Positions 23,570 through 38,686 of a DNA stretch of 44,706 nucleotides are shown here, one piece after another. Numbering within the stretch: position 1 is the first letter of the stretch; the number at the start of each line of letters is the position of its first letter. A program made the position numbers and the translations under genes. The notes below the pieces were generated by a model, which was given only the letters and a program-made list of their open reading frames with translations, had not been told where the DNA came from and did no database searches. Source of the DNA: Octopus bimaculoides (lineage: Eukaryota); the NCBI RefSeq assembly GCF_001194135.2, contig NC_068987.1:26176049-26220754 (forward strand), written 5' to 3'.

Positions 23570-25025
23570 TGTTTGATTCTCAAGAATATTCCTTAGGATT
23601 CTTGCAGAGTATAGGATGGGGCGTTTCGGCCGTGCGAGTTTCAATTCCAATTTCTTACAGTCTTTTAGGTAGCATTTTAGATGTGTCAAGAACACCAGTT
23701 ACTACAGGAATAATTGTTGTCTTAGTCTTCCACAGTCTCCTCAACTATCTGGGTAGATCTTGATATTTCTTGATTTTTAAAATTTCTTTGCTATCGACTC
23801 TTTTATCCAATTGATATTGCAAAATCTATGATCTTACTCTGTTTGTATATTTTGTTCTATATAATCATATCCGGCATTCTTGCTCCAATAGTATCGCCAG
23901 TCTTTAAAGAGAAATCGCACAAGATCTTGTAATTCTCGTTTTTTTTTTATCACAGCCTCTGGTTTATGTTCATATCACTTTTCTGTTCTTTTGAAGTCAC
24001 ACAACCGGCTAACATCCAAACACAATTTTTTGCCTATACAGTCATTTCTGCGCTTATACTCTTTTTGTGCTAGAATACTACACTCACTCAAAAAGTGATT
24101 GATACTATCCTTTCCCACAAATTCTATATTTGCTGTCTGACTGAGTTTTGTACATCTATGCCTCTATCAGATTTGTTCTAAGAGCTTGTTTCTGAGTGGC
24201 TATAATTAGCATTTCTGTCCCTCGTTTCAAGTTCCCGTCCATCAGCCAGAGTCAGCAATCTTTACTTCCAATATTCTTGATTTGTTGTATGAATAGTCCA
24301 TGTAGTTTCACTTCTTTCCAGTTGTTTGTTCTGTTCCTCTTCCTTTTCTCTTTTAATTTTCCTACTGTTTCAGTCACTTTTTGGTTATCTTTGGTTGTCG
24401 ACAGTATAATTTCTTTACTTTGCATAACAATTTTTGAGACCTAGCACCGCAATATTAACATTGTCTTCTGCTTTTAGTAATCCTCTGGCACCTCCACTTT
24501 CTTTCTTGGCTGGTGAGTCGGTTTGAATTGCTTTTAGACTGGAATGCATTGTGTATTGTGCACTGTTTTCTAGTTCACATATCCAAGTTATGTTGCTCGA
24601 TCGTTGCCCATTTCAGAGACGGAGCAGAATATCTCAATATGAGCATAACCCATGTGTTTATGACTGTAATGATGTTCCCTCCATTTAATTTTGTTTCAAA
24701 CATCTTTCTAATTCTTCTCTTGTACTGTTTAGTGATTTTCTCTCTCATTTCTCCTTCCAATATCCTGTTGTCTTTCAATACTCCTATATATTTGTACCCT
24801 CATTATACCAAAGCAATGAAATGATGTTCTCTTGTAGCAATTTTATGCCATCAGAGTTTATCTTCCAGCCTGTTATTATAATTAGTACTTCGCACTTATT
24901 TAGCCTAAACTGCATTTCAGTATCTTTACTAAATACTCTCACTGTTTGGATTAAACAGTATTAGTCTGTCTCATTTTGTTTTGTATATAGCTTGAGGTCA
25001 TACACACAAAGTAAGTGATTTATTT
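23570..25025 (-). mobile_element. 5'-truncated decayed RLE-type (R4/Dong-like) non-LTR retrotransposon: RT C-half, CCHC knuckle, RLE
   Basis: INHLLCVYDLKLY (mutated xxDD motif), LIQTVRVFSKDTEMQFRLNKC, ORF 24575-24778 (KQYKRRIRK..ETKLNGGNIITVINTW..ILRYSA), LKRGTEMLIIATQKQAL, zinc-knuckle region SINHFLSECSILAQKEYKRR, KILCDF, IIDFA, YQDLPR, IIPVVTG, ILYSARILRNILE. Confidence 0.93.
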
Positions 25026-26757
25026 TTATATTGGATTTGATAAACTAATAGGCAGGCGTGGGCTTTTGCCTATGAAGCATTCTTGTCCATTAGTCCGATT
25101 AATGCATTACTGATTCGCTAACAGCATTTTGTTTCAAGGCATTACACTAAAGACTATATTTATATATTTTTGAACAACACTCAGTACAGATTGATGTAAA
25201 CACCTCATCTTTATATACAATATGTTCATAGACTGTAAAAATGGATTAACCGGATTAGTTTCGATCGTGTTTTAGAATTTAGAGTATATTCTATAAAAAC
25301 AAGGTGTTAACACTTGTCTATATATACAATATTAGTGTAAAATCTACAGATATATTGTATGGTGCAGTATACATTATTCTGAAAGATTGTATATAACTAT
25401 GAATAGATAATATATATCTGAGGAAAACTAACAAGACCGAAATCTGTCCAGAATTGTTGCTACAGTAGTTGACTATCAAAATTACTTTGCTTCCCACCGT
25501 CTCTAGCTTTTCATTTTTCTTTGATCGAAAATATAGTGAGTTATCTCTCTTCTGAGATTATTTTATTGTAGCTTATCATTTCCTTTGATTAAAAACTACA
25601 TCCGGCATTCGTTGCTATAAGTATAAGTAGTTAAACATGTATTTAACTATAAGTTTTCCTTGCAGAATGCACCATTGAGATGTATTCTAGTTGCCAATAC
25701 AATCTGACATTTGCTTGTACTGTATGGTAACTATAGCTGAGTTAGTACGACGACAACAAGATAAAAATAAGATAAAATGAAATCATAACCTTAAATAATT
25801 AGAGTCTTTACTACATTAGGAAGCTATATTGCTTTTAACTACAACTGTCAGATATAACGACAGCAGTTAACTCTTCGTAAAACTCAGATATTTTCCTAAA
25901 ATATAACAATAAAAATATCGCTGCTGATGTCGTTGTCTTAGCACCGTCGTTGTTGCCACCATCGACGACAGCGTCATCGTCCTCAAATGATATTTAGCAT
26001 TTGCAAATTCCATATCCTGGGGAGATTTATTAAAGTGGTGTTAAAAATAAGAAATATTGCGAGTAAAAAGGAAATCCAGGCAATATAAAATATTGCGTTT
26101 TATTTCCGAAACATATTCATTGCCGAGAATGGAATAAACGTTTGAACAAATCAATTACAAGAAGAAAAAAACCCCAAAGAAACAAAGAAACAAACAAAAA
26201 CAAACCAACTAACAAACAAACGAAAAAGCATAACAAAAAAGTAAAAACAGAAGAGACCCATCTTTTCCAACAACGAGTGGGTAAAAGTTATCTCAGAAAA
26301 TACTTTCTCTGATTGTAATCTATTTTTGAAGGAGTTTTTGTATATTTTTAACTTATTTCTCAATCATTTATATTTTTTATTAAAAGAGTATTTTTTTTTT
26401 CGAGAAAAATATCAAAATCGAAGTGTTGAAATATAAGTGGTATTTCTATATTGTTAACGAGTAAGTAATTGACAGGGAAGATTTGGGAAATAAACCAGCT
26501 GAAGGTTTAATATAATATTGTATTTTTACTTTTTATTATTTTTNNNNNNNNNNNNNNNNNNNNNNNNNNNNNNNNNNNNNNNNNNNNNNNNNNNNNNNNN
26601 NNNNNNNNNNNNNNNNNNNNNNNNNNNNNNNNNNNNNNNNNNNNNNNNNNNNNNNNNNNNNNNNNNNNNNNNNNNNNNNNNNNNNNNNNNNNNNNNNNNN
26701 NNNNNNNNNNNNNNNNNNNNNNNNNNNNNNNNNNNNNNNNNNNNNNNNNNNNNNNNN

Positions 26758-26789
26758 ATACATATACATGTATATATATGTATATATAA

Positions 26790-26821
<32 letters not shown>

Positions 26822-26867
26822 GTATATATATATATATACTTACTTTGAAATGGATGCGTGACACACA

Positions 26868-26907
<40 letters not shown>

Positions 26908-26917
26908 NNNNNNNNNN

Positions 26918-26965
<48 letters not shown>

Positions 26966-27020
26966 CGTATATACACACACACACACGCCTACACATACAT
27001 ATACACTTACACACACACAT
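26758..27020. repeat. (TA)/(CA) microsatellites around assembly gaps
   Basis: Direct reading. Confidence 0.93.
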
Positions 27021-27589
27021 GATCTTCGACTGAGCATTTAAAATATCTGTAGAATGAATGACACACTTTTATACGATCGCTAGTGAAACGACATCTTAAT
27101 ATATGTATGCATGCATATGTGCATGCATTTCTGTACGTATGTATGCATACATGTATGTATATGTGTGCGCGTGTGTTTGTGTACGTGTGTGTATATGTGA
27201 GGTGGGTTGTGGGTGGGTGTACATATGCATATCATGAAATTCAAAACTTCTGTAGAAAGATTAAGAGCATATTAAGGATACAATAGTTAATTCCTCTGTA
27301 ACCGAACCAACACATTTATTCACCCCCACCAGCACTAAATCTGATAATTTTTTCTTTATCCGAAATATATTCATCCTAAGGGAAAACATCGCTTTTAAAT
27401 CGCCTCGCTGCGACATGGTTTTCCGATGTTAAATATCGTATGTTCAATATTACTTTGGTCATTAAGCTACAAGGAATGAAGCGATTAGCGGGAAATGTCA
27501 AACTACATATGGATTGGTAACAGCTGGCAAATTTGGAATTTCTCCTCTCAGTATTAGAACAATTATCAACGAATAAGAAATAGATGTAT

Positions 27590-27643
27590 TGAGAGAGAAA
27601 TGGAGACAGAGACTAGATGAGAGGGTTAGACATTGAGAGAAAG

Positions 27644-27716
<73 letters not shown>

Positions 27717-28250
27717 AGAGAGAGAAGTGGAGTCAAATAGTGGGCAAAAGCAGAAAGATAGTGATATATGAAAGTTGAGGATTTACATCAAGTGATAAAA
27801 TGTGAGATGTAAAGAGGGAAGATGAGAGTTTGTGAGAGAGAATATGAGAGCATGGCGAGAGAGAGAGAGAGAGAGGGGGGGAGACAGAGAGAAAGAGAGA
27901 GAGAGAAAGAAGGAGAGAGGGAGGGAGGGAGGGAGAAAGAAGGAGAAAGAGAGATGGAGAGAGATTAGAAATAGGGAGAGTGACAAATGGACAGCAAAAG
28001 GGTGGCATGAAAGAAAGGAATAGAGAAAGCTAGTGAATGGAAAAGGAGAGCGAATAAAAGGATGGAATAAGAACGGAAGAAACAGTGCAAGAGAAATGAA
28101 TAAGAAATAGAGAAAGAGAGAATGGAATAAAAATGTGAGATAGTTTGAGTAATAAAAAGTGGAGAGGGGGAATCAAAACTTAGATTAATCAAAATTTAGA
28201 TTAAAAAGAAGAGAAATAAAGGAAAAAAGAAGAAAGGAAGAGTTGAATGA
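27590..28250. repeat. (GA)n and purine-rich low-complexity tract
   Basis: Direct reading; pure (GA)n at about 27646-27710. Confidence 0.95.
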
Positions 28251-29989
28251 AATATTGCAGTTTTCTCTTGAAAAGACACAAAGAATAAAAATAAAAGTGA
28301 AACAAATATATTTTTAGATGTTGGGAAGTTTTGTCCAGAACGTGATGTTGTGGCATTAATGCAGTATAAATGATGCAAGTTGCACTTCTGGAAAATTAAA
28401 TTGGGTTGTTTTTCCATGTCCGGCTTCGTATTCTATAGGGTTTTTCCCGAATATATTTGCAATAGTCTAGAATATCAGTTACAACACAATTTCTTCACAT
28501 TCTAACATTTAAAAAGAAAAAAAACAAAAACAAAAAACAAAACCAAAAACACAACCCCACTTGCCCTTGCGTGGTGATCTAATTAAAGGTAGTTCGTAGC
28601 AATTGGAGGTGAAATGATGTTTTGTGAGAGAACGAAGTAGAATGAATAAGTTATGTTTATATATATATTTAATAAATTAGAGGAAAGCATGTCATAGGTC
28701 AGCACCGATGGCTTGTTTCTAGGATCTTTGAATTGGGTGGAAACGAAAAAGTTACTGCCGACCGAAAACCAAATCAGAGTAGCAGCAATCGAATGGACTC
28801 TGTTAATACACACAAATGATACGTGGTGGTGCTGGTGAAACTAAGCGTCGGGTTAGGTATGCTACCCTAGAACAGGAAAGCTCCTTCTTCTGACGGGCTT
28901 CCTCATTTTTTTCGTCTACATTTGGAAATGAGATAGGAAAGAAAACTTACCACTATCTCTGGACCTATAGGAATGTTGGTGTTAACTAAATCGGCTCTTG
29001 AGGCTGTTTGTGGTGAGCTCAGTACAGTTCTTCGGGAACACCATCTAGTCGAGAGAACGTAGCGCTATACATTATTGTCATGCAGAGCACTTTCCAGTGC
29101 ACAAATGTTCCGATCTCAGCAATTGCAGCTGGGTTACTGGGGGCGGGGTCTACGCAGTACAAATGCGTGTTTCAGATAATGACATGCAATGCTCGAAGTA
29201 ATTTTATTTACTCAAGAATTATTCACCATAACATGAGAGTCGAAAAGGTTGTGTTACCTATGTATTTTCGGGGAGTGGCGCCTTACGAAAGAGAAATTTC
29301 TGGCAATATTTGGAGAAGCTTCTAAATTATAAGGTGGATTAAACTAGATGACTTTTAGCTTCCTGTTTCTGCTTGGAGATTCGGAATAGATGCTGGAGTT
29401 TACCATATAGTCCCTTTTATAACTAAAGCCATCCTGTCAAGGGCCTCGGTAAAGTGGAAAGTAGCTTTGTCAATAAAATTTCTGTAGAAATTAGCGTTAT
29501 TGACTCAGTTTTCTATGATTTCGAAAGAAAATGCAGCAGCAGCAGAGAAAGAATTTCTGCGTTATTGGGATGTTAAATTTAGACGTAAACGTCCTGTATT
29601 TTGGAGACAATTACCAACGTTCTCGTGCGGTATGCTTGAACAATTGTAAAGAACTTTTTACATGAAAGCATTCGTAATCTTGTTAGACCACAAACAAAGA
29701 AGTGTATATATATATATATAATATATTATAGAAGTATAAATGTAAATAAACACAAACATATATGTAGGTTAGCAGCTAATGATGCCCACATAATTTTGCA
29801 GCGTTCAGCTTGGGAGATGGTCGTTTATTGGTAGCCGATAATCTATGCTTCCACTGGACGAGCCAGCGAGAAATAAAAATTTCTAGCGTTATTAGTAGTG
29901 ATGTCTAACTTATGAGCTGTATTAAGTAGATGACTTCTTGGTTCTGCTTAAAATCGGAGTAGATGTGGGCTTCTTTATAAAAACTATGA

Positions 29990-30420
29990 TCTAACTAAAC
30001 GCACTTTTGATTAGAGCTTCGTTTTTAAGGAACGTCGCTTTTATGCATATTTCTCTATAAGAGGATTAATAGTAAATCTCTCCACTTATGTCCTCTATTG
30101 GGTTTCTAATTGTAGCTGAAGTTAGCGCAGTGTTATTTTTATATATGCTGTCACCACATTTAGCTTCATATGGTGGTTGTATTTATAATGTCTTAAGACC
30201 TGGTGAAATATCCAAGACAGCCATCGATAGATTGCTAGAAATTGTTATATTTAAACACAAGATCTTGAATAAACCTCTCAGTTTTTTTTCCAAATCTAAC
30301 AATGAATTTGTCTATTCATTTTACATGAAAGTGCAAGTACATCATTTCTGTACATGCACAAAATTCGTGGAAAGGTTTGTCTGATTGTGTTGAATCCTCA
30401 TCATTGTCCAGCCTGTTTAT
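29990..30420 (-). mobile_element. Decayed Penelope-like RT fragment
   Basis: Minus strand LCMYRNDVLAL (cf. GLYRDDGLA) followed by KKLRGLFKILCLNITISSNL..VLDI (cf. KIFKELGL.ITI..NL..V.FLDV). Confidence 0.6.
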
Positions 30421-30914
30421 GCATATCTGTATATTCTGGTGGCTGCTACAGCAGAAGCGGTTATGTAGGCTCGGTTAGAGCATGATGGATGTTTGTTAAA
30501 AATTATTATTGTAGATGTGTGAATCCCAGTGAGGCAATTTACGCTTTTAACGCATGACAGGATTTGGCAGTGTGGGACCGTAACTGTCGGTAAATGAAGA
30601 TGTCTACTGCTGTAGACGTTGATACACAACATTTATGCACATGCATGCATATATACACGTGTGTCACATATACATAAGTTTCAAAGTTTGGCACAAGGTC
30701 AGAAATTTCGATGTATGGGAAATAGTCTATTATATTACAGCAATGTCTCATTTCAATAGTGACTCCATTTTCTGCTCGTCTATTATGAATGTTCAAGTGT
30801 CGCTTCAATCCTCCACGTAACTTGCAGCTTTTTGACAAACATGCAAAACAATTTTACATTAAAATATTGAAGTGATGGTTATTCAATACTTTTAGTAGAA
30901 TACGTTTTCCTTGT

Positions 30915-31065
30915 ATATACATACATACATGCATACATACGTACATACATACATACATAAATACATACATATATACATACACACACACACACACACTCAT
31001 ACACACTCATACACACATATCTGTGTATGTATGTCTGTGTGTTTATATGTGTATGTATATAGGTG
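30915..31065. repeat. (TACA)/(CA)/(TG) microsatellite
   Basis: Direct reading. Confidence 0.93.
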
Positions 31066-32463
31066 TTTAAGTGTCTATTCAAATTAGTGATACAAAGAAT
31101 ATTCTGCTAAAAATCAATTTAAAATTGATTTTTAGTATGCATAAATAAAACTAACTTGGGCAACAAGCGCCATCTTGAAAACAGTGCTACTGGAAAAAAT
31201 GTTTTGAACGTAATATTTACTGCTGACAATAAATATATTAACTATAGCAATGAAATTTGTTTCTGGTTGACATACTCAATTTACTGAGAAGAATATATAT
31301 GCAAGCACTTTTTTGTTTCCATATTTCATTCTGTAATAAGAAACAAGAGTCACTAGTGGAAAACTTTAATCTAATATAATTTGTAACTTTGTCACAATAT
31401 CCAAGTATTGTAGGAAGAGAATCGGGTTATGGACTTAAAAAAAAACACGTCACTACATATATAGTATTTGTTTTGTCATCTGACAACGATGGAAGGTAGA
31501 CTTAGACGGGATTCGAGCACAAAGCATAAAGGAATATCAATAAATATCTTAATATATCTTGTCCAGCACTGTACCGTGTATACCTCCTCGTTGTTGCCCA
31601 CATAATCTAATATAGTCACAATACACATGGTATAACCATATATTTTGATGAATGAGTATGGGCAAAATTTGGGTGTAAAGTAGCGTGCGGTCAAAGGGAA
31701 AACCTAGTTTTTCTAATGATCTCACACTGCTTTGGTTTCAAATTAATGTGTGTTGGGAACAACAGTAAGTGTGTAGCTTCGACAATAAGAGTCCTGTACC
31801 AATGTATAGCTTTGAGATCGTGTAAGAAATTCTTGAATTGACTAATTGTTACGAAAGTGCATAAGTCATATTTCATCATTCTTTCATGAACGTAGTTTAC
31901 TGAACCTAATGTCTTGCATAAGTGATGGAAACTAAAGAAAAACAAATAAATAAAATATCCGAACAACAAAGATTCGTATATAAACAGTTATGATAAATAT
32001 AAAAATCATAGAAATACCAACATTGTATGATTACAGCAACAAAGACTTTCAACATGGAACTCATTGTAAAAATCCTTAACAGTAATTTCTGATGGCGCTA
32101 ATACACTGGTATTTAAATGAAGACATAAGAGGAAATATCTTTACTATATAAGTTAAAGTAATTATATATACTTTATGGTGGCTTTTTTCAAATACAAATA
32201 TCTAGTATTAATTTTTTTTTTAAAGTTTATGATGTCATTTAAGCTAAATTCAAAGAATTAAGAAATCTCTGTAGAAAAATTCTTCTTGTAACTTTCAAAC
32301 GTGATGAAGAATTGCTACACATGTAGANNNNNNNNNNNNNNNNNNNNNNNNNNNNNNNNNNNNNNNNNNNNNNNNNNNNNNNNNNNNNNNNNNNNNNNNN
32401 NNNNNNNNNNNNNNNNNNNNNNNNNNNNNNNNNNNNNNNNNNNNNNNNNNNNNNNNNNNNNNN

Positions 32464-32484
32464 NTATATATACGCATATATTTG

Positions 32485-32521
<37 letters not shown>

Positions 32522-32537
32522 ACATATATATATATAC

Positions 32538-32575
<38 letters not shown>

Positions 32576-32701
32576 GTATATACATATATATATGTATGTG
32601 TGACTATGCATGCATACATGAATGTATGCACGTATGTATATATATACATATATATATATATGTATATATACATATATATCTATATGTATGTATCTATGTA
32701 T

Positions 32702-32732
<31 letters not shown>

Positions 32733-33159
32733 CGTGCGTGTGTGTATCTGTCTAACACTATACCTTATAATAAATATCAGAGTTGAAGGAATCTCACAAA
32801 GGACATTCAGCCGATATCATATCTTTTTTTGTAGGACTTCAATACGCCATCAAAGGAAAATAAAACATCAGATACAAAATTGACATAGAAGCGATTTATC
32901 TAATCTGGCATTTACAGAATTTCTGATAAAATATTATGACTCAAAACATAATGATAGATGAGATGCTATGAGAGGTAAACCAATGGTAAGTTGAGCGATG
33001 CAGAAGCAAATATAAACGCTCTTTTATCATATTGTATGTGTATGTGTGTGCATATGTATGTATGTATATATATATGTATGTTTTTATGTGCTTATTTAAA
33101 TATACATACATGCACACACACTCATATATATATACATGTATATACGTACATGTACATTC

Positions 33160-33214
<55 letters not shown>

Positions 33215-33468
33215 GAGAGAGAGAGAGTGATAGATATTTATAGATATATAGATATATGTATATGAATATATATTTGTATATATATATATATATTATAAAT
33301 GTGCATAAATATATGAATGTATACATATGTATGTATATATGTATATATGTATACACATACATATATGTATATATGTATGTATGTCAATACGTATATATGC
33401 ATAATATTTATTTATATATAAGCACATAAGTATGTGTATGTATGTGTATGTATGTTATAAATACGTAT

Positions 33469-33509
<41 letters not shown>

Positions 33510-33530
33510 AACATGAATATATACATACAC
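32464..33530. repeat. Extended (TA)/(CA)/(TATG) microsatellite field (two blocks, about 32464-32750 and about 33040-33530)
   Basis: Direct reading; a unique segment lies between the blocks. Confidence 0.9.
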
Positions 33531-33539
33531 AAATGAATA

Positions 33540-33836
<297 letters not shown>

Positions 33837-34309
33837 AACACACATACATATACAACAAATATTTGAGAATTCCATTCAGTTTGCTCTTGAGTATTCTGCA
33901 ATGAAAATAAATGTTGTTTTGCACTGAGTCAATATCACAAATATTTCGCTACTTGGTAACACGTGTTACTGTTGTTATTGTATTTGTTGGATTGTTGTTG
34001 TTCTGATGCGTAATTGAACGCTAAATTTTGTTTGTTCATCTAAGTATTAGAATTGATATAATTGTTTTTGTTTGATAGTTTGGGTAGAAACTACATTAAA
34101 TGCTAGATTTCTCTCTTACACCCCACCCCCAAAAGCAAAGTCAAAAACATTCTTTGTTTTGTGGTTACCGCTTCGTATTTTCTTAGTTTAACACATTCTT
34201 ATCATCTTGTATTAAATTTACGTCAAGTGCGAAATAATTCTGCTCCCATATCGACATCGATGCAAGAAAGATTTTGACATATATGAAAAGTATTAAACAA
34301 TGACGAGTA

Positions 34310-34400
<91 letters not shown>
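34310..34400. repeat. (AAT)n microsatellite
   Basis: Direct reading. Confidence 0.97.
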
Positions 34401-34404
<4 letters not shown>

Positions 34405-35324
34405 CGTTAAAAAATTAACAGCATCAACAACAACGCGCTAGTCTTGACAGCGGCTGGATGCGTTCTTCACTGCGCTGGCCAGTCAGTTGCCGAAGATACA
34501 GAAACACTAATACAACCCAACAGAACAACAGAAAAACAACTTTCAAAAACTGGAACATCTACAATCTCCTGTGAGCATTTTAACATTCCCCCCACCAAAA
34601 CAATAAAGGTTAGAAACTTAAATATCTACAATTTTCTCTGGATTAACACCCAAACGATCATCTTTAGAATATTTAAAACCTTAATATCTACAATTTTCTG
34701 TGAAAATCTTACCATTCTTTTCTCCCTGTCTACTCGAATATGTAAACATACCTTTTATTGCAACAAATTAAACGTACGATAAAAATGAAGGAGATAAGCA
34801 CCTGCATATATATATAAACTGCATAATTACGAAAACTGTAAACCAGAGCATAACCTATAAAAATAAAAGGAATATGCAAAAAATAAAAAAAATAAAAATA
34901 TTCAAAAGTTCAACGATGTAAACATCAGTATATATATATATATATATATAATTATTATTATTTTTCTATCTGTAATTAAAAACAGAAGGTGAAATGGTTC
35001 TTTCCAAGGCCAAGATTAGCGCTCTCATTGATCGCTGGTAGTAGTAAACACATTTGACCTCTGCTGACCGCAGGAGTATGACGCTTCCTTTGTACCCTGA
35101 TCGCACAAGAGTGCGAAGCCCTATTTTTGATCTCCTCACCATCTGCCTAATCTGTTTACAGACCTGGAATTTAGTCTATTCATGAAGCTGCTTCTCTTTC
35201 TCCTACTATCTCCTCCAACCCTCACATATTTATGATTATCTCAAGTACAAGACTAAAGTCGAAACTAAACAACATTTAATAATACCACACAATAGTAGGA
35301 GCAAAGATGGTATCTCTAGACGGT

Positions 35325-35420
35325 TACAATACCAGTTATTGTAGGAGCACTTGGAATGATCGAAAAAAGAACTGAAGATTATTTAAGAATGATCCCTAGA
35401 TTACCATCTAAACAGGAAGG
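35325..35420 (+). mobile_element. Short 3' tip of RLE-type non-LTR retrotransposon
   Basis: VTIPVIVGALGMIEKRTEDYLRMIPRLPSKQE matches the RLE C-terminal motif. Confidence 0.7.
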
Positions 35421-36479
35421 CACTCGGCAAGTAAAGGAAACGGAATTGAAAGAAGATGATAATGAAAATGATAGTAATAATAATAACAGATCCCCCTTAA
35501 CAAAACCAAGCAAGAGGACGGTGGACGGATAACCATAGATACTATAAAATTGTTGATTTAGGAGTCACACACACACACACACACTACTATGCAACACCCC
35601 TCCAAAATATAGGTGTGCGGTTCCGTCTGTATGAGTTGTAATATATGGTATCTGAGTTTATCGAAGCTCTCAGCCTTGGTAAATTCATTTTTGTTGTTTA
35701 TTATAATCTAAATATTATCAAGTTTTGTCTGACAGTGTAGATCAGTCGAGGGCAAGCTGCAGTACGCGGAACTTTGTGAATGGCTTAACGAAAAATTACC
35801 TTGAACATTTTAGTAGTGCGGCTCTAATGATGATCCATGTCTCATGCAGTGCGCTCCCAGTAACAGGTTGCTCTTGTCTAGTGTAGATCACGGGGTAAGG
35901 GCTGTGCGCCTAGCTCTAGTGTTGTTGTTGTGAATGATGTGTGCAGGTTTGTCCTTTCTTTTACTATATACTTGGTAGTAATGCTGATGAATTACTTGGT
36001 AGTGGTGTCGCTGATGAATTATTGATAGCGCTTTCTGCCGTTCCGACAAAATTTCTAATTTCGTGCATGGGACGGTTTTTTTTGTCTCTCCTTTCTTCTT
36101 GATTCTGACAAAAACATCTTGTGATAGGTTTGTGCCGATATCGCTGCATGTCGTGGTCTCGGAGTCAGAGAGGCCTGAGGCAGAGCAACATACTGGTATT
36201 TTTGCTTAATTGACTAGGGAGATCTTTGTAGTGGTGGCAAAACTGTTCTTGGCTGCGGTGTTTGTCTTTGTTTGTCTTTGTCTTGTTATAATTTTAGGGG
36301 TTTTGATGCTATTATTTCTGTTTCTGTTGCTGTTGTTGTTATTAGTGCAATTGTTTTCATTATTATTACTTTTTGGCAGTTGTTAATCCTATTGCTGCTG
36401 CTGCTGCATCTATTATTGTTGACGGAAGCAGATGTAGAGGTGTTTTATTATTCTCTTTTGTTTCTTCTCAGGTTTATAG

Positions 36480-37260
36480 GTCTTTAGTACTCGGTAGCGT
36501 TCTATCATCCATCACAATTCGTTAGAGGGACGTAATCGAGGATTTCTAAGAGACCTACAGGAATGTGTTGCGTCTTGCAGCGCCAACTGGATCCCCGATC
36601 GCTTTTGGAGAGTGTTCAATGTTGTCTAAATTACCCTAGCAAGTTATTTCAGTATCGTTTCTACCTACAAGATGTTTGTATGAGATGGCACGTCGTGTAC
36701 TGTGACCTTTGTTTCGCGCCACCCCATATATGGTGGCAGCAGAAATTATTTGTCAGAAGCGCACATTATCACTGATAGCTTATAGTTCTTCACTTTGCGA
36801 ACAATATCAGAAGTGTCCAGATGTTTTCTCTTTGTTTAGGTGCTATATGGCACCACATATATCTTTCATTCGCTTCTCGACCTGCGTTGCTGTTTTCCCA
36901 CGCATATCGTTCGTTTTGCAACAACAAATGTAGAACCTTTGATTTCTGACTATTGTGCCTTGCCCTAGTTTTCATTTGACTATATTAGAGCGTCTACTCT
37001 TTTGCTTCTAGTTGAAGGGTCGCTTTCGACTGGTTAGAATGTTCTTCTGCTGTCAACATTGTCTACACAGGGCTCAGTGTACCATGGCCGCTGAGTCACA
37101 GATATACTTAAAGATTGCGACATCTACTAATATTCCTTTACCGTGAACATTTTTAGCAGTGCGAGCGTATTCGGTGCCAATGTCCGATGTATATCTTGCT
37201 CTCTCGTCAAACGGCTTGTTCTGAGGATCGTATATAATTCACTACAGATATTTGTTAAGA
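36480..37260 (-). mobile_element. Probable decayed RTE-like LINE 3' region
   Basis: Weak peptide echoes in the expected order: DVAIFKYI (FKYLGS-like), SDIVRK, and GHSTRRAISY (GKRSRGRPAISY-like). Confidence 0.35.
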
Positions 37261-37340
37261 TAGTTTTTGTTTGTAGAGAGCTGCGTTAGCGAAACCATTG
37301 CCATTGGTATCATTCTTAGCTGAAAAAACAGTTGTGTTTG

Positions 37341-37490
37341 TCGCTTCTTTCAGTTTCCGTTTACCAAATCCACTCACAAGGCGTTGGTCGGCCCGAGGCT
37401 ATAGTAGAAGACACTTGCCCAAGGTGTCACGCAGTTGGACTGAACCCAGAACCATGTGGTTGGTAAGCAAGCTACTTACCACACAGCCAC
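37341..37490 (-). mobile_element. tRNA-derived SINE 5' part with CORE-like domain
   Basis: Minus strand GTGGCTGTGTGGTAAGTAGCTTGCTTACCAACCACATGGTTCTGGGTTCAGTCC (A/B boxes) then GTGACACCTTGGGCAAGTGTCTT (CORE-like). Confidence 0.88.
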
Positions 37491-37947
37491 TCTGGGACAA
37501 ACAGCACGTTCATGTATAAACATTAATAAACGAATATAGAAATTGACAGTTCTGTAAAATAAATTCCAGCTTGTTTTATCGTTTTTAAAAATTTCTTTGT
37601 ACTTTCAAAGGTGTCACAGAAAGACTGAAATCTTGATGGCAACCTTCTTTCTGCTTCTTTGAGCATTTCCCACTTTCCCGTTTACAGGCTACTAAACTCG
37701 ACATAATTTTATATGTTTACATACGCTTTCGAATTTTTGATGAATTTTTTCAGTGATTTAACCTCGATGTATTGAGAAACAAAGGAACAGACCACTCCAC
37801 CACGGTCATGAGCGAGTCCTCAACAAGACAAAAAAACAATAATTAAAAAAAAAAAAATATCCTTAAACGAGCAAGCAATTAACAATCGTTGTCAAGACTC
37901 ATGGAGCGAATTTAAACACCACTTGCGTGGAGAAGAAAGAAAGCATA

Positions 37948-38001
37948 AGGATGATAATGATGATGATGATGATGATAATGATGATGATAATAATAATAAT
38001 A

Positions 38002-38083
<82 letters not shown>

Positions 38084-38092
38084 CGATAATAA
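37948..38092. repeat. (GAT)n-(AAT)n trinucleotide array
   Basis: Direct reading. Confidence 0.97.
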
Positions 38093-38449
38093 TTAGGCGC
38101 CGAACTTATCATTTGACTAAAACCACTTGATGTTTACCGTATCTCTAATGGAACATTGTCTTATGGAGGTTAGCGATAAATCGCTAGATTAATCAAGCCT
38201 GACAACTTTGATGACTTTATATTGAAGAGTTATATTATCTCTAAACATACGCCGGTCAACAGAGTTCGATCAATCAGAAAATGATTGGTAAATAACAGTG
38301 AAAACTACAAATAGGCGATGATAAATTTCAAAGTTTGTTCTATAAATCTTTTACCATTCTTAATTTATCTTCAATGACGTCATATCTTTTATGGCCAAAA
38401 TGTATAAGAGGTAAAGTTTTGCGGCAAATTTTGGGGTGAGATTACATAT

Positions 38450-38509
38450 CATATATATATATGTATATATATAGATATATATATATATATATATATATAN
38501 NNNNNNNNN

Positions 38510-38547
<38 letters not shown>

Positions 38548-38686
38548 CCACACATATACTTACACACACACATACTTACATATATGTACATGTGTATGTA
38601 TATATGTACATATGTGTATATATGTGTATGTATATACATGTATGTATATGCATGTATATATATATACATACATACATACATACATG

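Noticed and set aside
25418-25448. CTGAGGA...GAAATCTGTC hammerhead-like spacing
   Set aside because: Neither helix II nor helix I can pair; at best an unrecognisable relic.
29000-29460. GC-richer segment suggestive of a decayed LINE
   Set aside because: No diagnostic motif recoverable in any frame by eye.
34986-35037. Possible plus-strand exon EGEMVLSKAKISALIDRW
   Set aside because: Acceptor lacks an adjacent pyrimidine tract (AATTAAAAACAG), the donor is weak, and its phase is incompatible with the 25666 candidate.
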